From positions 1,235 to 65,234 of the forward strand of contig SVIT01000002.1 of the NCBI GenBank assembly GCA_015069365.1: a stretch of DNA of 64,000 bases, read 5' to 3'. The position numbers were made by a program, and so were the translations under genes. The notes beneath the pieces are model-generated. The model was not told the DNA's origin. It saw nothing but the letters and a program-made list of their open reading frames with translations, and did no database searches. Below, one piece after another: positions 15,067-23,477 of the stretch; position 1 is the first letter of the stretch, and each line of letters opens with the position of its first letter. Origin of the DNA: Clostridiales bacterium. GTDB lineage: Bacteria > Bacillota > Clostridia > Christensenellales > Borkfalkiaceae.

Positions 15067-16050
15067 ATGGTTTTGTCGCATACTCATGATATGGAAAATA
15101 CCGAAAATAAAACAAATTGCAACGACGCATCTACCAAAGAGAACGGTTTATTTCTTTCCCCGACCGACGCGATGGAATATCGCGCGTATAAAAAGCAGAA
15201 GAAGATAGGGGAAATATCCCTGGCGATGTCCCGTTCTTGTACTCCGATCAGACTTGGAGAGGACGCGCAGCGCATCTGTGAACGCGCCGTGCGGATCCGT
15301 CAAGCGGCTGTAAAAGCCCCTTTGACTTCGTTGCTGTCGGTGAAAGAGTACCTCACCCGCAACAAAATGAGAATGGACTGCGTGATCGGCGGTAACGGTG
15401 AGCATTTGACAAAAGTCAAAGCGTATGAGATAAAGCTGGCGAGGAAAAACGGGGTGGCGGAAGTAACGGTCGCGATTACTCCGTCACTGATGTCTGCATG
15501 CAGATATACCGAAATCAAGCGTGAGCTTAAAAAACTCAGACGAGCGGCGAAAAACATGTCGTTAAAGGTTTGGGTGGACAAAAAACATTCTTTTCCTGCG
15601 ATTGCGCGCGTGGCGAGGATTTGTTGCGAGGTAGGTGCGCAATACGTATGTGTGCCTCATTTTGACGGTTGCGAACGGTTACGGTACGACCTTACGCGTG
15701 GTTGTCTTTTAGAGGTTTCCGAGGTTAATACGCTGGAAGAATATAAGCGTTTGGCGGGGGCAGGTGTGGGACGAATTGTCGTTACCCGACCTTGGGATAT
15801 CTATAACGAGTGGTTGAAAGAGGCGGAAAAAATTGAAATAGGAAAGGTTTCTTCAGCTTCGCAAAACGCGCAAAAAACAGAAAAAGTAGAAGATAAAATG
15901 CCGCAAATAGCGGGGGAAAAACCGATAACGGCACAAACAAAGGAGGTAAAACCCGTTTTACCGCCAAAACCTGCTCTGCCAGCCTTGAAAACGGATGGGG
16001 AAACGAATTACCGTTGCCGTTTGGAAGGAACGGAATTGAAATTTTTATAA
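15067..16050 (+). CDS. DeoC (deoxyribose-phosphate aldolase)-like TIM-barrel protein, apparently degenerate, with Pro/Lys-rich C-terminal tail
   Basis: CVIGGNGEHLTKVKAYEIKLARKNGVAEVTVAI aligns to DeoC VIGFPLG..TK..E...A...GA.E.D.V. LKVWVD aligns to LKVIIE (Schiff-base Lys), but the KTSTG motif is replaced by VCVPHFDG. The start is ambiguous (TTG 15028, ATG 15043 or 15067). Confidence 0.5.
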   Translation: MVLSHTHDMENTENKTNCNDASTKENGLFLSPTDAMEYRAYKKQKKIGEISLAMSRSCTPIRLGEDAQRICERAVRIRQAAVKAPLTSLLSVKEYLTRNKMRMDCVIGGNGEHLTKVKAYEIKLARKNGVAEVTVAITPSLMSACRYTEIKRELKKLRRAAKNMSLKVWVDKKHSFPAIARVARICCEVGAQYVCVPHFDGCERLRYDLTRGCLLEVSEVNTLEEYKRLAGAGVGRIVVTRPWDIYNEWLKEAEKIEIGKVSSASQNAQKTEKVEDKMPQIAGEKPITAQTKEVKPVLPPKPALPALKTDGETNYRCRLEGTELKFL

Positions 16051-16106
16051 CGACAGCGTATTCGGCGTGAAAAGATCCTCTCATATAGGGGATTTTTTCT
16101 TTTAGA

Positions 16107-16127
16107 GGGGGCAGGTATGCGTTGAAT
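16107..16127 (+). repeat. GGGGGCAGGTATGCGTTGAATG motif copy (intergenic, 75 nt upstream of cwlD)
   Basis: Identical over 21 nt to the 14687 copy, with the same ATG-CGT-TGA mini-ORF. Confidence 0.9.
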
Positions 16128-16198
16128 GCGAGATTACAGTGCAAACTGCGACTATATTAATCGGCATAAAAAGCACCGTGTGCGCATAGGATAAAGGT

Positions 16199-16906
16199 AT
16201 GAAAAAGGTGTTATTTGCGGTATCAATGGCGGTAGTGGTCGTATTTACGGCGGCGGTGGGTTTATGTATGAGCGTGCTGACTGGTGCGCAGGCGGTAGCC
16301 GATTTTTCGGACGGCGGAATACGGATTGTGTTGGATGCAGGACACGGTGGGATTGACGGCGGCGTCGTCGGGAAATCTACGGGGATAAAGGAAAGCGATC
16401 TCAATCTTGCAATCACCTATGAGGTAAAGAATGCGTTGGAAGCGTTGGGGTTTGAAACTGTGTTGACTAGAAGGACTGAGGCGGGGCTGTATGGAACTGC
16501 GGCGAAAGGGTTCAAAAAGCGGGATATGCAAAAGCGAAAAGAGCTCATCGAAGAGGCGGAGCCTGATTTGCTCTTGTCGATACATCAAAATTATTATCCC
16601 TCAAAATCTGTTCGCGGAGCGCAGGTTTTTTATAACAAAACCAACCAGAGGGGGAGAAAGCTCGCAACCAGTCTGCAGAAGAAACTCAATGGGTTGTACA
16701 AAGAGGAAAAAGTGCGCAAGAGAACTGCAACCTCAGGGGATTATTTCCTTTTGAATTGTAGCGATTGTCCCTCTGTGATCGTAGAATGCGGTTTTTTATC
16801 CAGTCCTGAAGACGAAAAATTGTTGATTGACGAGGCTTGGCAAAAAAAACTCGCGGACACGATTGCCTCGGGCGTGCTGGCGTATTTTGCGGACGTATCG
16901 GCATAG
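16199..16906 (+). CDS. cwlD: Germination-specific N-acetylmuramoyl-L-alanine amidase (CwlD type, Amidase_3)
   Basis: Signal anchor, IVLDAGHGGIDGG, ESDLNL, LLLSIHQN, and a VIVECGFLSSPEDEKLL C-terminal motif. Size is 235 aa, as for CwlD. Confidence 0.85.
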   Translation: MKKVLFAVSMAVVVVFTAAVGLCMSVLTGAQAVADFSDGGIRIVLDAGHGGIDGGVVGKSTGIKESDLNLAITYEVKNALEALGFETVLTRRTEAGLYGTAAKGFKKRDMQKRKELIEEAEPDLLLSIHQNYYPSKSVRGAQVFYNKTNQRGRKLATSLQKKLNGLYKEEKVRKRTATSGDYFLLNCSDCPSVIVECGFLSSPEDEKLLIDEAWQKKLADTIASGVLAYFADVSA

Positions 16907-16962
16907 CGGGAAGCTAAGGGGCGTAAAATCATAACGTGGAGTGAAAAAATCTTGCTAATCGC

Positions 16963-16991
16963 TTGTCATTTCCAAGAAACTGTGCTATAAT
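16963..16991 (+). promoter_or_regulatory. Sigma-A type promoter with extended -10
   Basis: TTGTCA at 16963-16968, 17-nt spacer, TGcTATAAT at 16983-16991. Confidence 0.6.
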
Positions 16992-17022
16992 GTAACGTGC
17001 AGTATAATAAGGAAGTGAAAAC

Positions 17023-17469
17023 ATGCTGACGGAGAGAGAAATATTGACGGTAAAAGAAGCGTTGCAGATAAACCCCGTGACCTTGGCGTTTGTGGGGGAT
17101 ACCGTCTATTCTCTATACGTTAGAGAACGTTTGGCGCTGTCTGGCTGCGGTAAAGTAGGGCAGTTGCAAAAGGTGGCGGCGCAGGTTGTATCTGCGAAGG
17201 GACAAAGCGAGTTTTTGGATAAGGTTTTGCCCATGTTTACAGAGGAAGAGGCGGACGTTTTCCGTCGTGCGAAAAATGCGAAAAAAGCCACGAAAAGCAA
17301 GAGCGCGACTTCTTTGGAATACAGCCGATCCACGGGTTTTGAAGCGGTGCTCGGATACCTGTATTTGACGGGCAGGGAAGAACGGATTAAAGAGCTTCTC
17401 TCCGCGAGTGATGGAGCGGCTTTTGAGATCAAAGAAAACGTGACGGTGTTCAAACCGATCAGAAGATAA
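17023..17469 (+). CDS. mrnC: Mini-ribonuclease III
   Basis: LAFVGDTVYSLYVRERL is the RNase III-like catalytic motif. Size is 148 aa. Conserved mrnC-rlmB-sigH neighbourhood. Confidence 0.9.
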   Translation: MLTEREILTVKEALQINPVTLAFVGDTVYSLYVRERLALSGCGKVGQLQKVAAQVVSAKGQSEFLDKVLPMFTEEEADVFRRAKNAKKATKSKSATSLEYSRSTGFEAVLGYLYLTGREERIKELLSASDGAAFEIKENVTVFKPIRR

Positions 17470-17487
17470 GAAGATAAGAGGCGTATT

Positions 17488-18204
17488 GTGAAAACAGAAG
17501 GAAGAAACGCGGTCATTGAGCTGCTGAAAACGGACAAAAACATTGATAAAATTTTACTGGAAAAGGGCGCTCAAGGTTCGCTTGGACTTATTTTTGCGCA
17601 GGCGCGCAAGAAGAATATCCGCGTTCAGTTCGTGGACAAGCAGGTGTTGGAAAAGGAGAGCGAAACCCACCGTCATCAGGGTGTAATCGCTTTTACGACG
17701 GAATACGAATATTATGATTTGGACGAAATCATTGCGGGGAAAAAGAGCGAAAAGGGTGGTTTTGTCGTGCTTTGCGACGGAATTGAGGACGTGCATAACC
17801 TTGGCAGTATTCTCCGTGTGGCAGAATGCGCAGGCGCGGACGGCGTAGTGATCCCCAAATCTGGCAGTGCGTCCGTAACGGAGAGCGTTATTCGCATTTC
17901 CGCAGGTGCTGCGGAACATATCAAGGTCGCAAAAGTACCCAATCTCAATCAAGCGGTAGAGGCGCTGCAAAAGGCGGGATACTGGGTGTACGCTTTGGAA
18001 GCGGGCGGCGAAGATATCTATAAAGAGAATTTTTCGGGGAACGTGGCGTTGATTGTAGGCGGCGAGGATAGCGGCGTAAAACGCCTGACGAAAGAGAAAT
18101 GCGATAAGATTTTGTCCATTCCTTTGCAGGGGAAAGTCAATTCGTTAAACGCGTCGGTGGCACTGGGTATCGCGGCGTACGAGGTCGTACGCAATAGGTT
18201 ATAA
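17488..18204 (+). CDS. rlmB: SpoU/TrmH-family 23S rRNA 2'-O-methyltransferase (RlmB-like)
   Basis: GTG start, with AAGAGG 6 nt upstream. SpoU motifs HNLGSILR, LIVGGEDSGV and IPLQGKVNSLNASVA. Confidence 0.85.
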   Translation: MKTEGRNAVIELLKTDKNIDKILLEKGAQGSLGLIFAQARKKNIRVQFVDKQVLEKESETHRHQGVIAFTTEYEYYDLDEIIAGKKSEKGGFVVLCDGIEDVHNLGSILRVAECAGADGVVIPKSGSASVTESVIRISAGAAEHIKVAKVPNLNQAVEALQKAGYWVYALEAGGEDIYKENFSGNVALIVGGEDSGVKRLTKEKCDKILSIPLQGKVNSLNASVALGIAAYEVVRNRL

Positions 18205-18206
18205 GA

Positions 18207-18776
18207 ATGGCAAACGAAAGGCAAACGGACGAACAATTAGTCGAGCTGGCGCAAAGCGGCGATCAAAAGGCAACGGAGACGCTGCTTTTGAAACATGCGG
18301 GCTTGGTGCGCGGTTGCGCTCGAGGGTTTTTCCTGGCAGGCGGTGAGACGGAAGATTTAATTCAAGAGGGAATGATCGGGCTGTATAAAGCGATCGCCGA
18401 TTATCGACAAAAAGAGAACGGTTTGAGTTTTAAGAACTTTGCCTATCTCTGTGTATCCAGGCGGATTATAGATGCTGTAAAGACCTCGTTGCGTAAGAAA
18501 AATATACCTGCGGTATATTACGGCTCGTTTACGGACGAGGAGTTGCTTTCCTCCGACCTTAATCCCGAGGATATGCTGATTATGCGGGACGATAGGCGGG
18601 AATTCCGTCAAAAGATCAGTGGCGTACTGTCCGATTTCGAGTTCAAGGTAACGACGATGTATATCGACGGAATGACCTGCGCGGAGATTTGTACGGCGAC
18701 GGGGAAAACGGCGAAAAGCGTGGATAATGCGCTCCAGCGCAGTAAGAAGAAATTACAAGTAGTTTTTAAGAAATAG
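18207..18776 (+). CDS. sigH: RNA polymerase sporulation sigma factor SigH
   Basis: ETEDLIQEGMIGLYKAIADY...SFKNFAYLCVSRRIIDAVKT...SVDNALQRSKKKL parallels Bacillus SigH regions 2 and 4. Position after rlmB is conserved. Confidence 0.85.
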   Translation: MANERQTDEQLVELAQSGDQKATETLLLKHAGLVRGCARGFFLAGGETEDLIQEGMIGLYKAIADYRQKENGLSFKNFAYLCVSRRIIDAVKTSLRKKNIPAVYYGSFTDEELLSSDLNPEDMLIMRDDRREFRQKISGVLSDFEFKVTTMYIDGMTCAEICTATGKTAKSVDNALQRSKKKLQVVFKK

Positions 18777-18777
18777 A

Positions 18778-18790
18778 GGGGGCAGGTATG
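18778..18790 (+). repeat. GGGGGCAGGTATG motif copy supplying the SD and start codon of dnaX
   Basis: Exact 12-mer. Its ATG (18788) is the dnaX start. Confidence 0.9.
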
Positions 18791-20539
18791 GCTTATTTGG
18801 CTTTGTACCGTATGTTTCGCCCGACAACGTTAAGCGACGTAGTGCGGCAGGAACATATCGTAACGGTATTAAAAAATCAAATCGAAGGAAACAAGGTAGG
18901 ACATGCCTATCTGTTTTGCGGCCCTCGCGGAACGGGGAAGACGAGTATCGCGAAAATTTTTGCGGCGGCGATTAATTGTGATTCGCCTGTGGACGGTTCG
19001 CCCTGCGGAAAGTGCGCCCGTTGTAAGGCTCTGTCCGACCCGTCCAACCTCGATATCACCGAAATTGACGCGGCGTCGAATAACGGCGTTGACGAAATGC
19101 GCGATCTTCGCGAAAAAGTACAATATCCTCCCGTGGCAGGGAAGTATAAAGTCTTCATCATCGACGAAGTACACATGCTATCTCCAGGGGCGTTTAACGC
19201 GCTGTTGAAGACGTTGGAAGAACCGCCCGCACATGCGGTGTTTATTCTCGCGACGACCGAATCGCAAAAGATTCCCGCGACTATTCTTTCCCGCTGTATG
19301 CGGTTTGATTTCAAGCTGATTCCGCAGGAGGATTTGGAGCAACGTCTACGCCATGTCTTTGATGAAATCGGGAAAAAGTATGATAATGAAGCAATCGCGG
19401 CAATTGCGCGCGCGGGCGCAGGTAGTGTGCGCGATATGCTTTCGGTGGCAGATACCTGCGTATCCTATTCGAGCGGTAAACTCACCTATGCAGACGTAAC
19501 GGCGGTGCTTGGCAACGCGGATTTTTCGGCGATTGCAGGGCTGTGTAAGGCGATTTTGCAGGCGAATGCAGGTGACGCGTTTGGACGGACTTCGGCGTTC
19601 CTTTCCGCGGGGAAGAGTGTTGGAATGCTGTTAAAAGACGTGATGAATTTCCTCAACGCTTGCGCTGTGGCGAAGACTTGTCGGGACGGAAAGGCAATCT
19701 TGGCGTTCCCCGACGATATGTATGCGGAAGTTTTGGCGATTGCCAAAGAAACGGACGGCCACCGTCTGTTGCGTGTGACGGAAATTTTTGCGAACGTGGA
19801 GACGGAACTCAAATATTCCACCTCGCCGCATATCCTTTTCGAGACGGCGGTATTGAAGGCGAGTATGCCGCAGGCGGATTATGATATCGAGGCGTTGATA
19901 GCACGTATCGCGACGTTGGAAAAACGTCTTGCGGAGGGGGATTTTACCGTAAAGAGTGAGGGCAGGTACGAGATGAATACGCCCGTGCCCCAGCCTATTG
20001 TGGGAAAGAAAGTAGAAGAAAAACAGCAGGAACAGCCTGCGGAAGAGGATTTATTTGCAGGAGTATGCGCGCCTCCCGACGAGGACGAAACGGGCGGAAA
20101 CGCGTACTTTGACGGCTTTGCTCCGCAACCTGCCAAGACGGTGAAAAAGGAAGAGCAGACCACTCCCAAAGAAGCGCCTAAGGTTGAGGAGAAACCTCGC
20201 GTGTCTAAGATGGCAACGGGGGATGCGAAATCGACGTTCGGGTCTTTCTTGCGCTGCATGCGAAAGATCGCGAGAAACGGAGTGCTGTTGACGCTGTGTA
20301 TGGATTTGGACGGTGTATATGAGGACGGGACGTTCGTATTGTATACGACCAGCGACACGATTTTCCGTTCGCTGACGAAACCAGAACACGCCTCGTTGAT
20401 TGCTCAGGCGTTTGGCGAACTGGGTTTTGGCGGAGGCGAATATGATATTCGGCTGCGCGGAAAACAGTCGGACGATTTTCAAAAGAGCCTGAACGCGATC
20501 AAGGAAACGTTTGAGGGCGTGAAAGTCGAGATAAAGTAA
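18788..20539 (+). CDS. dnaX: DNA polymerase III subunit gamma/tau
   Basis: YRMFRPTTLSDVVRQEHI, Walker A GPRGTGKT, a Zn module (CGKCARC), Walker B IIDEVHML, and the SRC motif. Confidence 0.95.
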   Translation: MAYLALYRMFRPTTLSDVVRQEHIVTVLKNQIEGNKVGHAYLFCGPRGTGKTSIAKIFAAAINCDSPVDGSPCGKCARCKALSDPSNLDITEIDAASNNGVDEMRDLREKVQYPPVAGKYKVFIIDEVHMLSPGAFNALLKTLEEPPAHAVFILATTESQKIPATILSRCMRFDFKLIPQEDLEQRLRHVFDEIGKKYDNEAIAAIARAGAGSVRDMLSVADTCVSYSSGKLTYADVTAVLGNADFSAIAGLCKAILQANAGDAFGRTSAFLSAGKSVGMLLKDVMNFLNACAVAKTCRDGKAILAFPDDMYAEVLAIAKETDGHRLLRVTEIFANVETELKYSTSPHILFETAVLKASMPQADYDIEALIARIATLEKRLAEGDFTVKSEGRYEMNTPVPQPIVGKKVEEKQQEQPAEEDLFAGVCAPPDEDETGGNAYFDGFAPQPAKTVKKEEQTTPKEAPKVEEKPRVSKMATGDAKSTFGSFLRCMRKIARNGVLLTLCMDLDGVYEDGTFVLYTTSDTIFRSLTKPEHASLIAQAFGELGFGGGEYDIRLRGKQSDDFQKSLNAIKETFEGVKVEIK

Positions 20540-20577
20540 TAAATAAAAATTAAGGATATAGATGGAGGAAAACTGAA

Positions 20578-20910
20578 ATGGCAGGATTTAAAGGTGGCAA
20601 TAACAATATGCAGAACTTGATGCGTCAAGCGCAGAAGATGCAGGAAGAGATGGAAAAGACAGCGGAATTGTTGGACGATTGGGAAATCGTTGGTACGGCG
20701 GCAGGCGAAGCGGTTGTCGTATACATGAACGCGAAGAAGATTATCAACGGTATCGAGCTGGACGAAAGTATTGTCGACCCTACGGACGTAGAAATGTTGG
20801 AAGATTTGATTATGGCTGCGATCAACGACGGATATGCAAAGGCGGATAAAGTCTATGAAGAAAAGATGGGCAGATACGGCGATATGGGCGCGTTGGGAGG
20901 AATGATTTAA
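20578..20910 (+). CDS. ybaB: YbaB/EbfC nucleoid-associated protein
   Basis: 110 aa. MQNLMRQAQKMQEEMEK N-terminus. Conserved dnaX-ybaB-recR order. Confidence 0.9.
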   Translation: MAGFKGGNNNMQNLMRQAQKMQEEMEKTAELLDDWEIVGTAAGEAVVVYMNAKKIINGIELDESIVDPTDVEMLEDLIMAAINDGYAKADKVYEEKMGRYGDMGALGGMI

Positions 20911-20913
20911 CCG

Positions 20914-21504
20914 ATGGAGATTTTTATCGAGCCGATCGGGAGATTGATCAACGAGTTTTCGAAGCTTCCCGGGGTCGGTAAGAAGACGGCGCAGCGTTAT
21001 GCGTATAAGATCATCGATATGCCCGAAGCGGAAGCGCGCGCTTTTGCAGAGGCGATTTTGGGGGTAAAGCGTAAGGTGAAATATTGCAAGATTTGCGGTA
21101 ATTTCACCGAAGAGGAAGAATGCGCTATCTGCCGTGCGCGCGATAAGAGCGTGATCTGCGTAGTAAAAGAGCCCAAAGACGTCGCGGCGATTGAGAAACT
21201 GCACGAATTTAAAGGGGTTTATCACGTTTTGCACGGCGTAATCGATCCTTTGGCAGGAGTTGGTCCTAACGATATCCGCATCAGAGAATTGTTGGCGAGA
21301 TTGTCCAGTGACGTGAAAGAGGTAATCGTTGCGACAAACCCCGACGTTTCGGGGGACGCGACGGCAATGTATATTGCGAAGCTGATTAAACCGTTCGATA
21401 TTCCCGTTACCCGTTTGGCGCATGGTATTCCCATCGGGTCGGAAATCGAATATACCGACGACGTGACTCTTGCAAGAGCATTCGTGGAAAGGAACCGCTT
21501 GTAG
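20914..21504 (+). CDS. recR: Recombination protein RecR
   Basis: [11 protein letters not shown] helix-hairpin-helix, a C4 zinc finger (CKICGNF...CAIC), and a Toprim segment ([10 protein letters not shown]...). Confidence 0.95.
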   Translation: MEIFIEPIGRLINEFSKLPGVGKKTAQRYAYKIIDMPEAEARAFAEAILGVKRKVKYCKICGNFTEEEECAICRARDKSVICVVKEPKDVAAIEKLHEFKGVYHVLHGVIDPLAGVGPNDIRIRELLARLSSDVKEVIVATNPDVSGDATAMYIAKLIKPFDIPVTRLAHGIPIGSEIEYTDDVTLARAFVERNRL

Positions 21505-21583
21505 TCAGGGTCGAAGAGGCTTGCTTAGGGCTGGTTCCATTCGTTTCAAAAGACTAAAAAAGCAAAAAATAGAGGAAAAAAGT

Positions 21584-22564
21584 ATGAAAGTATCTGTACT
21601 TGGTTGCGGACGTTGGGGTTCGTTTATCGCTTGGTATTTGTGTAATCATGGTCACGACGTTTATTCGTGGGGACCTGAGGAAGACTACTCGTATCAAGTA
21701 TTGAAAGAAACTGGTAAAAACGAGTACGTGAAGTTGGACGAGCGTATCACGCTGACTTGTAATTTGGAGGCGGCGGTTTCGCATGCGGAGACGGTTATTA
21801 TCTCCATCTCGTCGCAGGGCTTACGCGGGTTTATGAAACGTATCACTGCGTATGACGTTTCGGATAAAAATTTCGTTCTGTGCATGAAAGGGATTGAGGT
21901 GGACACGGGTTGCAGACTCTCCGAAGTATTGACCCAGAGCGGTATCGACCCTCAAAGAATAGCCGTTTGGGTAGGCCCTGGCCACATCCAAGCCTTTACG
22001 CAGGGGATCCCCAACTGCATGGTGATTGATTCGGCAAACGCGGCGTTGAAAGTGCGTCTTGCAAACGAGTTCAAGAGCGATTTGATTCGTTTCTATTATG
22101 GGGAAGATTTGGTCGGTACGGAGCTTGGCGCGGCGGCAAAGAACGTAATGGGGATTGTGGCTGGCGTCTTGGACGGCTGCGGTTACGATGCTTTGAAAGG
22201 CTCGCTTATGACGCGCGGAGCGCGTGAAGTGGCGCGTCTTATCAAAGCGATGGGCGGTAACGAGCTGTCTGCTTACGGTCTGGCGCATTTGGGAGATTAC
22301 GAGGCGACTTTGTTCAGTCCGTTCTCCCACAATCGCAAATACGGCGAAATGCTGGTGAAAGGGGAGAAATTCTCCAAACTGGCAGAGGGAGTTCCGACGG
22401 CGGCGGCGATGAAAGCGCTTGGGGAAAAATACGGCGTGGATTTGCCTTTGACGAATGTCGTGTACGAGATTTGTTACGGCGAAGGGGAAGATTATCGCGC
22501 GCGTTGCGAAAAGATGCTCGCAAAACTCTTCTCCCGTGACACGAAATCGGAGTTTTACAATTAA
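21584..22564 (+). CDS. gpsA: NAD(P)H-dependent glycerol-3-phosphate dehydrogenase
   Basis: Start moved to ATG 21584, with GAGGAAAA upstream. VSVLGCGRWGS Rossmann motif and the GAAAKNVMGI motif. Confidence 0.85.
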   Translation: MKVSVLGCGRWGSFIAWYLCNHGHDVYSWGPEEDYSYQVLKETGKNEYVKLDERITLTCNLEAAVSHAETVIISISSQGLRGFMKRITAYDVSDKNFVLCMKGIEVDTGCRLSEVLTQSGIDPQRIAVWVGPGHIQAFTQGIPNCMVIDSANAALKVRLANEFKSDLIRFYYGEDLVGTELGAAAKNVMGIVAGVLDGCGYDALKGSLMTRGAREVARLIKAMGGNELSAYGLAHLGDYEATLFSPFSHNRKYGEMLVKGEKFSKLAEGVPTAAAMKALGEKYGVDLPLTNVVYEICYGEGEDYRARCEKMLAKLFSRDTKSEFYN

Positions 22565-22578
22565 GGATGAAATTCAGT

Positions 22579-22611
22579 CCGCTCTTGGTAGATTAGCCAA
22601 GGGCGGTTTTT
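22579..22611 (+). terminator. Rho-independent terminator of gpsA
   Basis: CCGCTCTTGG (22579-22588) pairs with CCAAGGGCGG (22597-22606). T5 at 22607-22611. Confidence 0.8.
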
Positions 22612-22619
22612 CTTTGCGT

Positions 22620-22649
22620 GTATAAAAATGCGGTCGAATTCCCACACTG
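22620..22649 (+). promoter_or_regulatory. Possible forespore (sigma-G/F type) promoter for spoVAC
   Basis: GTATA (22620-22624), 18-nt spacer, CACACTG (22643-22649), compared with the sigma-G consensus GHATR-18-CATXHTA (5/5 and 5/7 matches). Confidence 0.3.
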
Positions 22650-22745
22650 ACGGTATGAAACGGATCAAAGTTTACGAGGTGGAGGGAAAGACGCGCGACG
22701 AGAGGGAAACATTCGCGCCGAACACAGTTCCAAACAATGAAACGA

Positions 22746-22764
22746 GGGGGGCAGGTATGTAATG
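22746..22764 (+). repeat. GGGGGGCAGGTATGTAATG motif copy at the spoVAC start (ATG-TAA start-stop overlapping the real ATG)
   Basis: Exact 12-mer. ATG 22757 is followed directly by TAA, whose last A is the first base of the spoVAC ATG at 22762. Confidence 0.9.
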
Positions 22765-23214
22765 ACGGGGAAAAATAGGGATAATTATAATAAGAATTAT
22801 ATTGCGTACGTCAACTCGTTTAATCCCCCTACGCAGCATTTTAAAAACTGTTTCCGTGCCTTTATCGTGGGCGGCGGAATTTGCTGTATCGGTCAGTTTT
22901 TACGGGGGATATTTGAAAGCGCGTTTGGGCTATATGGGGACGAGCTTGCGGCGGCGGTCAGTATCGGTTTGATTTTCCTAGGAACTCTTTTGACTGGGCT
23001 TGGAGTATATGATAGAATCGGTCGGTATGCAGGCGCAGGGTCGATCGTTCCGATTACAGGCTTTGCCAACAGCGTTGCTTCTCCTGCAATCGAGTTTAAG
23101 ACGGAGGGTTTAGTCTACGGTTTGGCGGCGAAAATGTTTATCGTGGCAGGTCCGATTATCGTGTATGGGGTGCTGGCAGGGACGATTGTTGGTATGATTT
23201 ATCTATTGTTATAA
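22762..23214 (+). CDS. spoVAC: Stage V sporulation protein AC
   Basis: 150 aa. FIVGGGICCIGQ...GAGSIVPITGFANSVASPAIEFKTEGLV...GP is the SpoVAC/SpoVAEB family signature. Confidence 0.9.
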   Translation: MTGKNRDNYNKNYIAYVNSFNPPTQHFKNCFRAFIVGGGICCIGQFLRGIFESAFGLYGDELAAAVSIGLIFLGTLLTGLGVYDRIGRYAGAGSIVPITGFANSVASPAIEFKTEGLVYGLAAKMFIVAGPIIVYGVLAGTIVGMIYLLL

Positions 23215-23228
23215 AAATATTTTAAAAG

Positions 23229-23252
23229 CAGGGAGTCTCTCCCTGTTTTTTT
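23229..23252 (+). terminator. Rho-independent terminator of spoVAC
   Basis: CAGGGAG (23229-23235) pairs with CTCCCTG (23239-23245). T7 follows. Confidence 0.8.
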
Positions 23253-23267
23253 ATGAAATACGGACAA

Positions 23268-23281
23268 GGGGGGCAGGTATG
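23268..23281 (+). repeat. GGGGGGCAGGTATG motif copy (intergenic, between the spoVAC terminator and the Na/Pi transporter promoter)
   Basis: Exact 12-mer. Its ATG opens a 30-codon ORF (MRSSYFFIVFLHISRRGYQKDGANKLFSYD) of doubtful significance. Confidence 0.9.
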
Positions 23282-23367
23282 CGATCAAGCTATTTTTTTA
23301 TCGTTTTTTTGCATATTTCTCGCAGGGGTTATCAAAAAGATGGTGCCAATAAATTGTTTTCATATGA

Positions 23368-23397
23368 TTGACGGGTGAAAAAAGAATATGTTATAAT
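23368..23397 (+). promoter_or_regulatory. Sigma-A type promoter with extended -10
   Basis: TTGACG at 23368-23373, 18-nt spacer, TGtTATAAT at 23389-23397. Confidence 0.6.
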
Positions 23398-23477
23398 GGT
23401 TATACTGGGGAAAATCGAGAATAACGAAAAATTAAGCGTATTTCAATATTTTATATTTTTACATAAGGAGAGTAGTT

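Noticed and set aside
18788-20539. Programmed -1 frameshift site in dnaX (A AAA AAG type), as in E. coli.
   Set aside because: I saw no A-AAA-AAG heptamer with a downstream hairpin in the appropriate region. Gram-positive dnaX genes generally lack it.
20479-21423. 314-aa minus-strand ORF across ybaB and recR, and 9366..9956 opposite recX.
   Set aside because: They are antisense to unmistakable conserved genes and are mirror-frame artefacts.
22754-22762. CAG|GTATGT in the repeat motif looks like a eukaryotic 5' splice site or could hint at an intron boundary.
   Set aside because: The context is bacterial. There is no group II intron 5' GUGYG consensus, no intron-encoded protein and no domain V-like structure nearby. 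The resemblance is coincidental.
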